A stretch of 64,000 nt of DNA, from assembly GCA_002189035.1 (NCBI GenBank), contig NEEC01000002.1, forward strand, positions 5,022,001 through 5,086,000, given 5' to 3'. Position 1 is the stretch's first letter; the number at the start of each line of letters is the position of its first letter. The notes below the pieces were generated by a model. The model worked only from the letters and a program-made list of their open reading frames with translations. It did not search any database and had not been told where the DNA came from. This stretch comes from Utricularia gibba (taxonomy: Eukaryota > Plantae > Magnoliophyta). This document shows, piece after piece, positions 37,550 to 50,216 of the stretch. The translations under genes and the position numbers were made by a program.

Positions 37550-38952
37550 ATGGTGCAACCGAAAATCGCGCCCTCGATGCTCTCCTCGGACTTCGCGAAC
37601 CTAGCGTCGGAAGCAGAGCGCATGGTTCGCTTCGGAGCGGATTGGCTGCACATGGACATCATGGTACTTCGTTTGCCTTTTCCTGCAGCTTTTATCGAAA
37701 ATCTCATCTTTGAGTCAGTGATGTGATTGATCGTATTTGTTTGTAAGCAATATGCTTGTTGTGGAGCATAATTGCAGTTCATGCTTACGCGTGTTTAATT
37801 GCACTATGGGATTTTATCCACCGTGTTCTGATTTTTCACAGGATGGGTAGGTTGTTCTCCATTAAAACCAGGAAAATACCATGGATGTCGTTGTGTTTTA
37901 ATGTTCTTTTCGATGGAGCCACTGAGATATTCAGATGATGCTTAATCCGAAATTTTTCAGACATTTTGTTCCGAATCTCACCATCGGTGCTCCTGTTATC
38001 GAAAGTCTGAGGAAGCATACCAAGTAAGGACTTCTTTGTTACAGGAAACATGCAAATCAGCTCCTCAAGAATTTTGATTTGAATAAGAGTGCTCTTGAAT
38101 TTCAGTGCATATCTCGACTGCCACCTAATGGTTACAAATCCCCTTGATTATGTTGACTCTTTTGGAAAAGCTGGTGCTTCTGGCTTTACTTTTCATGTCG
38201 AAGTGGCGAAAGGTAGAGATTCTTGCTGCCACATGATTATGCTAAATAACATTGCTGTCATTTGGGTTTTTAGCAACAACCTTTCCCCACAAGGTATAGT
38301 AACCTTCTATACTACAGATAACTGGCGGGAGCTTGTTCAAAAGATCAAATCAAAGGGGATGAAAGCCGGTGTTTCTCTTAAGCCGGGAACCCCAGTTGAA
38401 GAAGTGTATCCGCTTGTAAGATCTTATCTTTTACCCAGCTCATACAACTGAGAATTAAAGTTCTATCTGCTCGTTGTATTTCCAAGCTTGAAGATGAAAT
38501 TCAAGTAGATCTGGTGCTTATAATGACTGTGGAGCCAGGATTCGGCGGGCAAAAGTTTATGCCGGAGATGATGGATAAGGTGTGAATGACTACTACACAC
38601 ACACAGAAACCATTCTCTGGATGCTTGCTCTGTATGTAATAAATACTTCGTCCTTGAAATCTCAGGTCCGATCCCTACGAGCAAAATACCCGGCTCTGGA
38701 TATAGAGGTGAAGCGGCTGGAACCATGGACTTGGCAGGTTCAGAGGAGCAGCCCCAACTGATAAGTTGTTAACACATTTTGTGTGTGCAGGTGGATGGCG
38801 GGTTGGGGCCTTCAACCATCGACTTGGCGGCTGCGGCCGGAGCCAACTGCATTGTAGCTGGAAGTTCCATCTTTGGGGCATCTGATCCGGCTCATGTCAT
38901 ATCTACATTGCGACACAGCGTCATCAACGCCCAAGCCCAGAAACCCCGGTAA
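37550..38952 (+). CDS. RPE: Ribulose-phosphate 3-epimerase, cytosolic type; 8 coding exons including a 5-nt microexon
   Basis: [25 protein letters not shown]|DG|[49 protein letters not shown]. No transit peptide. Confidence 0.97.
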
Positions 38953-39949
38953 TTAATTGTGTGTATACGAATTTCAAATGAATAAAAGGTCATCATGACT
39001 GAGTTTGTTGACCTAGCCGTGTGTCTACTTGCACCAAAATTGATTCCTATCGTTGTTGTTACATGAAACCTATGAACACAAATTCATGTTTTTGATCGAT
39101 TATTTAATTTTATCAAATAAAAATTTATTCAAATTAATATATTTAAATTTTTTGAACAAATTTTTTATTCATATTAATTTATTTAAAATTCCCGATCATA
39201 TATGAATGTTTATCTACATGCATATTTATTAATTATTATATTTATTTATATTTGCAATCGTTAATTATGAATATTTAATATTATAATCAAACAAAATTGA
39301 ATATAGTTAAATATTAATATCGTTTGTGTTCATTCATTTAATTAATCAAATATGAATTTTATGTATATTTATTCTTTTAAATTATTCAAACGAAAATAAA
39401 TAATTTTAATTGAACCTAATATAATTTGAATAAAAGTTGTTCAATCATTTATCAACCTTAATGAGATGGTCCACTTAGTGTGTAAAAACTGTTTAATTCA
39501 TCTTTCTATTTATAAAATATTAGAAAAATAAAAAGAATTATTTAGATTTAATATTTTAATTTTTTTATAAAATTCATGTTAAATCTATCATTTTAAAACA
39601 TTGTGATCCACTTTGGATGGCTATTGTGTTTTTATTAAGGCCCAATATTATTCTTTGTTCTTTCATTTTATCGGGCGTTGATAAACTTTTTTTTTCTGAC
39701 ATTCGATTATTTTTCCTTTTATTTTTTCACCAGCACTGATTCTAATTAGGAGCATATTTTCCATTCATTTTTCTATTGTGCCCTTATTTTATAATATGTA
39801 TTATCGGCTTTGTACACTTCAAAATCATACATAAGTTATTCAACAATTTGCTACAAAACTAAGCGAAAATATTAGAAAAATAGAATATCTACTAAATAAC
39901 AATTTATTCCAAATTTACATATAAAAACACAAATAATAATAAAAATTTA

Positions 39950-41327
39950 AAAAATATTTTAAAATATTAATTAAAACATATAAATTTATTACTAAATATT
40001 ATAATTTAATAAAATAAAAATGATAACAAAATATGTATTATCATCAAATGATCTACACTCTTCAATTATCAATATGGATATATTGAATTGTGATATATAT
40101 AATTTAAAAAATATAAAAAATATGATAAATAGTAGTTGATTGTAACTTTTTATTTTTAACAGTTTGTTGAACATGAATTCTTACAAACATATTCTTCTTA
40201 TCTTTACAAGAAACCATTTGTATTACATATTTATTGATATTGTCTTTTCAAATCATTCAAACACATCGATAAAATCATCAACAACAATTTTTTTCAATTC
40301 GCTACATAAATATAGATGTAAGAAATAAATAGTTACATAAAGTTGTTTCCTAAATATATTTTTTCAATGATTCTCAATGATTTTTTGTAAATATACAATA
40401 TAATCTTTCATTACTTCAACACATTAATTTCATTGTTTCCATTGACTTTGTCATGCTTCCATAAACATATTGTTGTTTCTTTCAACATTTATAATCCTTA
40501 AAAATTTCAAAAAAGATTTAAGTATCATAATGATAACTTCATAATCATTCAAAAAGTTTGCATCTCTAATAATATTTTTAAATTTTTTACCTTTTTTATC
40601 TTTTTCCAATGAGGAATTTGAAAATTATCTATTCAATCCAAACACTTGAAGATCATTCTAACGAGCAACAAAACTAAAGAATGCAAAGAAATTTGATCTA
40701 AATCTAGTTCTTGAAATTACAATGATTTTTCTTTAACTTTTCATTTATCTTAATCATGCAAGCAAATGATCATGATTATATTCAAATTTGGAAATAACAT
40801 TGGTTCTTTCAACAAAATATTTAAGACTAAGTAATATTTCAATATACTTGAACATTAGATTGACACAATAGGCACTATAAAATGATCAAAAAGTGTACCA
40901 TAGTATTCCTCAAGTAATCTTCCTATTTTACAATAATTAATTGCATGATCTGTAATAACTTAAATAAAATTTTTAGCTCTAATCTATTTAATTAATTGCA
41001 CAAATAATAACAACAATTGACATCTTTAACTTTGGAAGATAAATCCACATATTTCTAAAATTCATTGTCATTTTGACTATATAATAGAAAATTGACCAAA
41101 GATTTTGATGATATATCAATCCAACCATCTATCATTGATGTAAAGTCTGTCTCAATCCTACTATTTCTCTTTATTACTTCCACCACCACAATAAGTACCA
41201 ATTTCATTTCCAAAATTGGATGTTTTTAAATCAGATATATCATAATCACTAGTTGAGTACGATCATTCTTAAATGATTTAGGATGTAGAGTTACATAAAT
41301 ATCAACTTTCACATTCAAAGGAACCTT
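39950..41327 (-). pseudogene. 3' part of an old DUF659-type hAT transposase (outer layer of the nest)
   Basis: Minus-strand TSMIDGWIDISSKSLVNFL, VITDHAINY and SAYCVNLMFK match the DGWTD, VTDNA.NY and CAAHC.NLM motifs. Confidence 0.7.
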
Positions 41328-42066
41328 TAGAGCTGGACAAGAATACGGGTTGGCCTGGGTATCCGGCGGGTTGACCCGTGATGGGTCCAACCCGTTACTC
41401 ATAACCGTCCAAATTTGTTATGGGATGGGTCAAAGGTGCATAGGTAGGGGTCGAGCCGGCGGGTCAGTCAAAATGGGCCTGTAATATAATCTATCAAGAA
41501 GAGCCGGGCTGTGATAACACATATTTTTGAGTGTTTAAGAGTAGGAGAATGTCTAATATTTCGCCATAAAACTCAAGTTCTAGCATGACATTTTATGCTT
41601 TTGTGATTAGTATTGCAGTCGTGTGTTTTTCCAACCTCAGTTCCCTATGAGCCGAAAAGAGCACATTGAAATTGCAGAGGATATGGACAAAAAGCAAAAG
41701 GAATTACAATCAAAGCAAAAGGAAGAGAAGAAAATGATTTTTGTGATGATAAGAGTGAGAAGGAGAGGTCTCCCATTGGAAAACATGCCACACATTTCTG
41801 GGGATGATTGAAAAAAATCGCAAGAATACACAGGAGAAGGAGGAGGACGATCCATAAAAACAAGCTTGCTTTTGAAGATTTCTTCCACTCTTGAAGAACA
41901 CTATTCTTAGCTAAGAACATTTCTAGCTTTACTACATGAACAATTTATTGTTTCTGTTTCTATTATATACCATTTGTTGTTATTTAACTTCGAGAACAAA
42001 ATGTTTCTTAGGATATGTTATGAAAATACTTTCTTTTCTCTTATCATGAGCAGCTAAAGTACCTAA

Positions 42067-45000
42067 TGGTGTTTTGGGGTAAATGGGTTAGTAAGTTTGT
42101 TGTTCACTAAATCAAATTTACCAACTGTCATATTCTTTCCTTACAAATGAGGATAGATCCAAGATGGTGCAGCAAGGTGCATTTGAGGCTTGGGGAAGAC
42201 GGTGGGTGCAATAAGGTGCATTTGGAATTTGGGGAAGGCAATGGGTACAGTAGGAAGCATTTGGGGCTTGGGGAAATGGTGGGTGCAGCAAGGTGCATTT
42301 GAGGTTTGGGGAAGGTATTGAGTGATGCAATGTGCATTTGGGACTTAGGGAAGGTGGTAGGTGAAGCAGGTGCATTTGGGGCTTAGAGAAGGTGGTGCAA
42401 CAGGGTACATTTAGGGGAAGGGGAACATGAGTGGTTTAGATACCGGAAGCCTAAATTAGAATATTTATTTTGTTATTTGGGTCATTTAATTTGAAGATAT
42501 TATTATTTTCATTTTATTGTATTTTTTTGTAGTATTCATATCTTGTTCTTATATAATAGCGTTAATGATATTCCATTTAATTTGAAAATATTATTGTTCA
42601 ATACACTGTATTCATGTCTACTTATGCTTTGTGTTAGTATTCTTGGGGGATATTTACTTCATTATTTTACATATCTCAATATGATAGTAAATAAATATGT
42701 ATCATTCTTCATTTTGTTATCTTTTCACTATTTAATTCCACTATATGCTTCTCATGTTTAGGTGCTACAAATGAAAGACAATCGAAGTAAGATACCAATA
42801 AAAAGAATTGGAAAAATTGCTACTTGGGATACAAATTGGACACATATATTATTAGCAGCCATTATTGCTGAAATTTCTAAAGACAATAGACCCATTATCA
42901 CTTTTTGATCAAAAGGATGAGAGAATATTATAAATGCTGTTAATGAAAAAGTTCATATCATCTACAACTTGAAGTGTATCAAGAATAAGCATAATGAGCT
43001 TCGAAGTGAATGAAATCTTTGGAGGCAATTAATCGACAGATCGGGTATTATATTTCACCCAAATGGAACAATAAACATGGATCTTCATTGATGGACTGAT
43101 CGTTTAGCTGTAAGTTTTCACTTATGGCCATTTTTTGTTATGTGAATTCAATATTTATTATTTTTTGTAGTTAGAAATTATTGCTTGTTATGTTTTATTC
43201 TATATAGGAGAATAGTCAATAGAGCAAGTTTGAGACTAGAACACCCATGTTCTCTGATTTATTAGCTCAAGTTTTGATTCGGTAATTGGTTATGGACAAA
43301 GAAAATATATTCCTACTCATAATATTGAGGTTTCTAATGATGATTGTAATGATGATGTTGATGCTTTGTTATCTACTAAAAATGCATTGCTAGAGGTAGA
43401 AGATTTTGGATATTCATTGGGCACACAATATACTTCACCTGAGTTATCAACTTTGTACTCTAAAGAGGTAAATAGCAAGCTAGCTATTCAAACTAAACGC
43501 AAAAGGATTGCTAAAGTGAGCAATAGTAATCGAATTGTTAAATCATCTGAGATAATGGTTGCAATTTCAACAAAAGTAGAGTTGGAGAGCTTAAAGTCTT
43601 AAAAATACTCTATTGGAAAATGCATTGAGATGTTAGATGACACAGATGCAGGAGGTCAAACTTATTTGCATGCTTTGAAGCTGTTCAAGAATTTTTTTTC
43701 TTTATAATCACACATGGAGATTGAGAATACTCGCATTTCTTTGCTTCCAATGACGTCTTTCTTTAACAATGCATCGTTTTATGACTCTTCTGACGATGAT
43801 GAGGAGACCAAGGAAACTCAACAACGTGCAAAGTTCATCAACATTCAAATGGCTCAATTAAAGCTTCTTAGAGAGTATCACGAGTACTTCCTTGTGAAGC
43901 AACCAACATATGATCGAGAAACTAGTGTATGGTCTTTATTGCTATCAATGTTGAATGGCCACGACGCTCATGCATATAATGAGTTGCGAATGCATAGCCG
44001 TGTGTTCTTACGATTTTGTGAGATCCTTGTGGACAATTATGGGCTATCCAAAAGGAAATTTGTTCTCATAGAAGATGATGCCGCTATTTTCTTAAGAAGG
44101 GTTGGCAAAGGAGAAGCTTACTCTAATTTACTAGAATTCTTTGATCACAGGAGAGATACTATTCATAGTGCTTTCCACAATGTCTTCAAAGTAGTTAATT
44201 GGATGATAGTGGAGTGGATTATACCAAAACACAATAATAGATAGATTCATCCTTTTTTCATAAATAACACCAGGTATTCTTACTTTAGTAACTGTATTGG
44301 TGCCATAGATGGAACTTATATCAAAGCATGTGTTTTTGAAGCTGAAAAGGGTGCGATACATTGGTCATAAGGGATATCCTATCCAAAACGTACTTGTTGT
44401 TTGTGATTTCGATATGCGTTTTACTTATGTTATAGCTGGCTTTGAAAGAATAACTCATGGTAGTAGGATTCTTAAAGATTGCATTAACAATGAGTGTCTC
44501 CACTTTCCAATAATACCCCTAGGTAAATATTATGTGATAGATGCTAGATTTTCCAACACTACTGGATTTATGACACCTTATCATTGTGAGCGATATCACC
44601 TGCTAGATTTTCGACGTAGAACAATTAGAGGATACAAAAATTCATGAGAGTACTTCAATCACAGACATTCTTCACTCCGAAATATAATCAAGAGATCATT
44701 TGGAGTATAGAAAAAGAGATTCCATATGGTGAATGATGTACCAATAAATATGAAATTTAAACACTAAGTGAGACTAGTAGTAGCTAGAATGACTATACAC
44801 AATTGACTGCTGAAGATGATGGCGCTCATCTCTCAGAATTTGAAGGTGCAAGTAGTAATATGCCTAATAATAGTGAGTTAAAAGAAGATGAAGAACATAT
44901 GGATAAAAGTGAAAATTAGAAATCTGATCAATCTATGGATGCTCTTTGTAATTCTATTACAAATCAGTTTTGGGCTACTTATCGAGAATGTAATGTAGTG

Positions 45001-45304
45001 CCTTTAATTTTTTATTTTTCAGTTTTATGTGCTATGTTTTGATAATTTCTTTTCAAGATTATTTACAATGCATGTGTATTAATATAGCATAAGAAAATAT
45101 TCTAATAATCAAGGGTACATAGGTAATTTAAATATTACTACTACTTACCTAAAATCTACTTCTACAATTTCACTTCTACTTATTACTAACTTCTACTTAT
45201 TAATAATTTCAAATAGACTACTTCTACTTTTTCTGCATTTACTTGTACAATAACTTCTATTTGTCAATAAGTATATTATTGATTAAGTTGCACAGACTAC
45301 ACCC
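42067..45304 (+). mobile_element. PIF/Harbinger element nested in the hAT (Myb/SANT ORF1 about 42770-43700; transposase about 43714-44990), both pseudogenised
   Basis: ORF1 reads ATWDTNWTHILL...KNKHNELR. The transposase reads AYNELRMHSRVFLRFCEIL, CIGAIDGTYI, QNVLVVCDFDMRFTYVIAG, GKYYVIDA. TAA flanks both proposed ends, but TIR similarity is weak, so the boundaries are tentative. Confidence 0.8.
42160..42425. repeat. 39-bp G-rich minisatellite, about 7 copies
   Basis: Unit roughly AAGGTGCATTTGGGGCTTGGGGAAGGTGGTGGGTGCAGC. Confidence 0.85.
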
Positions 45305-45949
45305 TAAAACTCTTAAAGCACCACCTATTTCATCTTAGGTACAATCAAGTTCAAAATTTTGTTGCTTTTCTATACTGTATTTTATCGTAAATCTGCTTTA
45401 GTCCTAGTTAAGACTAAATCTATCAACGTAACACTGATTGCATGCATTCACAATCACATGACAAGCACCTACTCTTCGTACTTGACCTTAAACACTATAC
45501 TCATAATTATATTATGTTTGAATGTGTATTAGATTTATAAATTTTATTTGATAGAAGAGTTTGTAATTTTAACGATGTTATTAATTTTTTTGTTTATTAG
45601 ACTATTCAACCGTTAGAATTCAATCTCTTTGATGTATGTGAATATTATAAAGTCCCAATTCACCACAATATAAATAGATGGGCTAATAACGTTTTTCAAA
45701 TGTTTGTGCCCTTCCGCTTGATACTTTTGTGCTGTTTATTCTGCATTTAGGAGATTAATTCTGCATTATCAAAGGCTTTCGGACCAAAATTGAAGCTAAA
45801 TCCCTAGAACCCACGTGCTTTGCAGTGTTTGGAGACTTTCCACAAGGTATGTGTGCAATTATCCAAAGAGAGATGGAAGCATGCATATGTGCAGTTGATA
45901 GTAATTTATGCAAGGTTTGGAAATGATTTGTTTTTCCCAATTGTGTTTC

Positions 45950-47830
45950 ACGTAACCCAATATGAAAGAATCACATCAAAGTGTGACACCTTCACACAAG
46001 CAACATCTTGAGTGTGATATTGAGGTGTCGGGTGATGGGGAAGATGTTTCTTTCATCTCAAAAATCGAGATGATTCATGCATCAATTGGCATGAACATTT
46101 CAACCATGACAAGGAGGCCAAAAAGGTATGTTGTAAGTATTTTTGTATAGTGTATGATCATGGTAAGGGTGGTTCAACTTCCAATTTCATTTGCCACATT
46201 AGAAGTAAGCATATAGACAAGACATATACTTCATGGAGACAACTTACTTTGAATTTTGTGCGTGGCCATGTTTCGATTTTCATTTGATCTTGATGCTACC
46301 CAAGTTGATTATGTACTTGCATTGATATCTAGTAAAAAGTCTTTTGTAGAAGTAGAGAATCCATTTTTAAATATTTCTATCCATGTAGATTGCATTCTAG
46401 ATTTGCTCCCATGTCTAGGAGAAAAGCGGCTAGAATTGCATTAAAACAATTCGAAGAAACAAAAAATTACATTTGATATCTGATTTTCAATCTATGAAAT
46501 GCAAATTTGGTTTAACTTGTGATGATTGGCATGGTATTAATGGTGAAAATTATTTAGTTGTAACTGCTCATTGAATTGATTGCAAATGGATTATATAAAA
46601 AAGAATCCTTGGGTTTAGACCTTGGATTCTTCACACATAGGGGCATAAATTGATGAATTTGTTACCTCTATATGTATTGAGTATTCAATTATTGATCATG
46701 TCTTTAATATAAATCTTGATAATGCCTCCAATAATATTGTTGCGACGTCCATGTTGAAATCATCTATGAATCCTATTTTAGGTGGATGTTTATTTAGGTC
46801 AAGATACACTTTTCATATTTTGAATTTACGTGTGCAAGATTCACTAAATAAAAATGATATTGAGGCTGCTTTATCTAGTTTGTAGGATAGTTTATCATGC
46901 GAAAATGTTTAGCTCCAAAAAGGCATCTATTAAGCGTTTATGTGAGTTAAAGTATCTGCTTGCCAACACGATGGAATTCTACGTTTTTTATGCTTCAATC
47001 TTTTATTCCTTATAGAGAAGCTGTTTCATTGTTTTTAACTATACATACCGACCTAAATATTGTGATTGATGATGATGTGTATGCAAAGTTTGAAATATTG
47101 GTGGACTTGCTTTTTGTTTTTCATAAATATATTAGATTATTTAGTGGTATTTACTATACTACCACACATGTTGTGTTGCTTGCCTTGGTTGCCATAGTCT
47201 CTACATTTAAGAAATATTTCAAAGTGGAATTGGTGTTTGATATAACAAGATCTATGGTTCATAAATTTATGAAATACTTTGAGATTATACCTACATTGTT
47301 TCTTATAGCAAACATGTTTGATCCTAAGGTGAAGGCAATCATTTTGCAAACCGGTTTAAATTTGTTTTGTGATTATTTTACATCCCTTGGACTTCATGAT
47401 ATTTTGCTTGATGCAAAAAAAAAAAAAGATGTATACCTCTGGTTTAAATGTTTTAACATATTTGCATGACTTGTATGAGTGTTAAGCATCCAATACGCAG
47501 GTTGGAAGTGAGGAGTTGCATAGAGGGATCTCCTCTTGTGCGGATGATTATTATTCCATGATTTCAACATCTACTAGCATGATCACCAAGGCTATCGAGT
47601 GGCATTATACAATGCAACTCACCAGTTCCAAGCTAAGGGTGATTACTTTGATATCTTGAATTGGTGAAAATCGCAAGTTGTAGTGTATCCTACATTGGCA
47701 TAGGTGGCTAGAGATGTGTTGTGACCCCTAACTTCTACCATGGCATCAAAGAGCATCTTCAGTTTGAGTAATAGGATTCTCACTCTGAGACAGTCAAACT
47801 TGAATGTCATCCAGACACCGCAAACATGCC
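45950..47830 (+). pseudogene. hAT (Ac/RICESLEEPER-like) transposase of the 41328-48616 element
   Basis: BED remnant, TCDDWHG, NINLDNASNN, PTRWNST, FDPKVK and dimerization region DIL.WWK...YPTLA.VARDVL...SKSIFSL. Many stops. Confidence 0.85.
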
Positions 47831-48040
47831 ATTGCGATGCCTGAACATTAGAAGGCTTCAATGTCCTTAAGACACTACAAACATGCCATTGCGGTGCGTG
47901 GACATCAAAAGCCTTCAATGTTCTTGGTTTAGGCACCGTAGACATCAAAAGCCTTCAATGTTCCTGGTTTAGGCACCGAGAATGTGTTGTTGTGGTGCGT
48001 GGACATCAAAAGCCTTCAATGTTCCTAGTTGAGGCACTGC
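47830..48040. repeat. Short repeats of about 40-57 bp in the hAT 3' region
   Basis: GACATCAAAAGCCTTCAATGTTC occurs three times and ACAAACATGCCATTGCG twice. Confidence 0.75.
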
Positions 48041-48616
48041 CAAGAAACAAGTCTTGTATTATAAATGTAAATAGACAGAATTGTATTACAAAGTGCTGCA
48101 AAACGAAATCAATGTTTCAATGAAAAATATGTCACAAGTCTTGAAATTTAGAAACAAGTTGCGGATGGTGTGCGCAGCCTCAACTTATCCGATGTGCGCA
48201 TTCTCTCCGGCATGTGTAGCGTTGCTTCAAAATCTCAAAAACCATCTCACAAACCTTTTCTCCAGCTTCTTGCCAACTTGTGACTTCAACCTTTCCTTGT
48301 ATGCATCACAATTCAAGGCAATTATCATGACGATTTACACTCTGCAAAAATGCGTTTGCAGTGTGTCAAGCAGCGGGTTGCAGTGTGCATTACCATAGGT
48401 GAAAAGTGTGTGTTTTAATTGGGGTGGCAAAGGTTTCAATGAATATATAATATTATTAAATTTTATTAAAAAAAACTGTCGACCCATGTCAACCTATGAC
48501 CCTGGATGGGTCAGCATGTCCAATCCGTCAACCCATACCCATCGAGTCAGATAATTCATTTTTGACCCGATGAGTTCGACCCAAGACCCACCGAGTCAGA
48601 CTCGTGCCCAGCTCTA

Positions 48617-48745
48617 AGAACCTTCAAATATTTTACAGTTTGTACCATAATACAGGCAAAATTCTGTTTCACACAATTAATTCCACCTCCTTCAAATTCA
48701 TTATTGCAAAAATTACAAAAAATCACATTTTTTTCCATTAGTCAT
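48617..48745 (-). pseudogene. BED zinc-finger 5' part of the outer DUF659-type hAT
   Basis: VIFCNFCNNEFEGGGINCVKQNFA...YLKV, continuing as KVPLNVK on the other side of the inserted hAT. Confidence 0.7.
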
Positions 48746-50216
48746 ATATACTCATGCATATTTCCATCCAACATCACTTTTACTATTATTTTGTAATAAA
48801 ATCATAAGTTTCAGTGTATCTTTGGTATCATTGTTTTTCATAGCTCAAAACACAAGTGTAAAAAATATCAAACAATTACTATTCAAACAAATCATAGCTC
48901 TAGCATTTATATAACTTAAGGAGCCCAACAATATTATAGTTCAATGAAATCTCCACAGCAAACAATACTGTTTGGTATGAAATAAAACAATATATTTAAA
49001 TAATATAGCAATGAATATTATTTTAAGTACTATTAATAAAGATTTGCATTTACTGGATTTCAAATTGTCATCATTTTATGCCTATTTAATTTCCTTTTTC
49101 ATTTCCGATTTAAATTTTATATTGAATGAATTGCGCTTCAATTAATTTTTGTTATTACAATTTAAATTCAAAAATATTATATCATTTTACCTTCCTAACA
49201 TAGAGTTGTTAAAATAGATTGAATTTGATTCTCCAGGTTTAACAATGTATTTGAATTGTATTTTTTTTATAATCTATTAATGGGGTTTCATAATTTTGAA
49301 AAAAATAAAAATTATTATTTAGATGAATTAAAGTTATTTTCTAATTTAATTATAAATTTGGATTGAATTCATGATTTTAAAACAGTGCCCTAGCATAACA
49401 AGTCTTGTAGATCTATTTCTATCACAATAAATGGTTATAATAAGCTGAATTTGAATCATGAATTTGCACAAATCCTTTATAATGTGAGACGCTACTCATG
49501 TTTCAGTACCTAATGTTTGTCGAGCGCGCGACCCGCCATGCGGGTGGACGCCCATCACCCTTGGAGCTCCTAATGTTGTGGTGATGCGCATGTCATGATA
49601 CAGTGGAAACATTATATTTTTCTCGTCATTTTTTTATATATTTTTCAATGAAAAAAAAAAAGAAAGAATACCCCATCATTATCGTTAAAAACAATATAAA
49701 AGGAAACATTCGAAAAAGACAAAATGAATATTTTTAGAAAACAAATAAACAAAAACCCTAATCCAAATCCTCGTACGTTCCAGGTTTCCAGCCAATCAAA
49801 ACTAGACAGACAGCCATCTCTAGGAACTCCCGACTGTTGGTTTCCTCGAACCCGCGTTTCGATTTCTTATAGTTCCGCCATGCTTACGCCACCAAAGCAA
49901 TCAATAAAATACCACAAAGAGGCTGGCTCCAGGATCGACAATAAGTTTGTCTCTTTCCGTGTTCGCCATAGAAAAATCTTTGCATCTCGAATATTTCCTT
50001 GGCGGTTTGGGAACAAAAAATGTGAAGGAAAACGTTGCTGGGTCTTGAGTATGCTGGATTTCTGACGTTTTTGTAAAAACGGGTCAGACTGAAAAGATGT
50101 GAGCGGTGGGGAGTAAGACAGCGCATGCATATAGAAAGGAGTAAAACGAGACCTTTTCCCCCCTGCAGCTCCTCATCTTGTTTCTTTGTCTATCAGTTTC
50201 AGAGTTTTGTTCTCAA

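Larger units (their letters stand above)
41328..48616 (+). mobile_element. hAT element, 7.3 kb, with termini and TSD
   Basis: TIRs TAGAGCTGGACA and TGCCCAGCTCTA. 8-bp TSD GGAACCTT (41320-41327) and AGAACCTT (48617-48624). GGGTC/GACCC-rich subterminal motifs occur at both ends. Confidence 0.9.

Noticed and set aside
41623-41920. Lys/Glu-rich short ORFs in the hAT 5' region as a captured gene
   Set aside because: Low complexity, interrupted by stops, with no recognisable domain.
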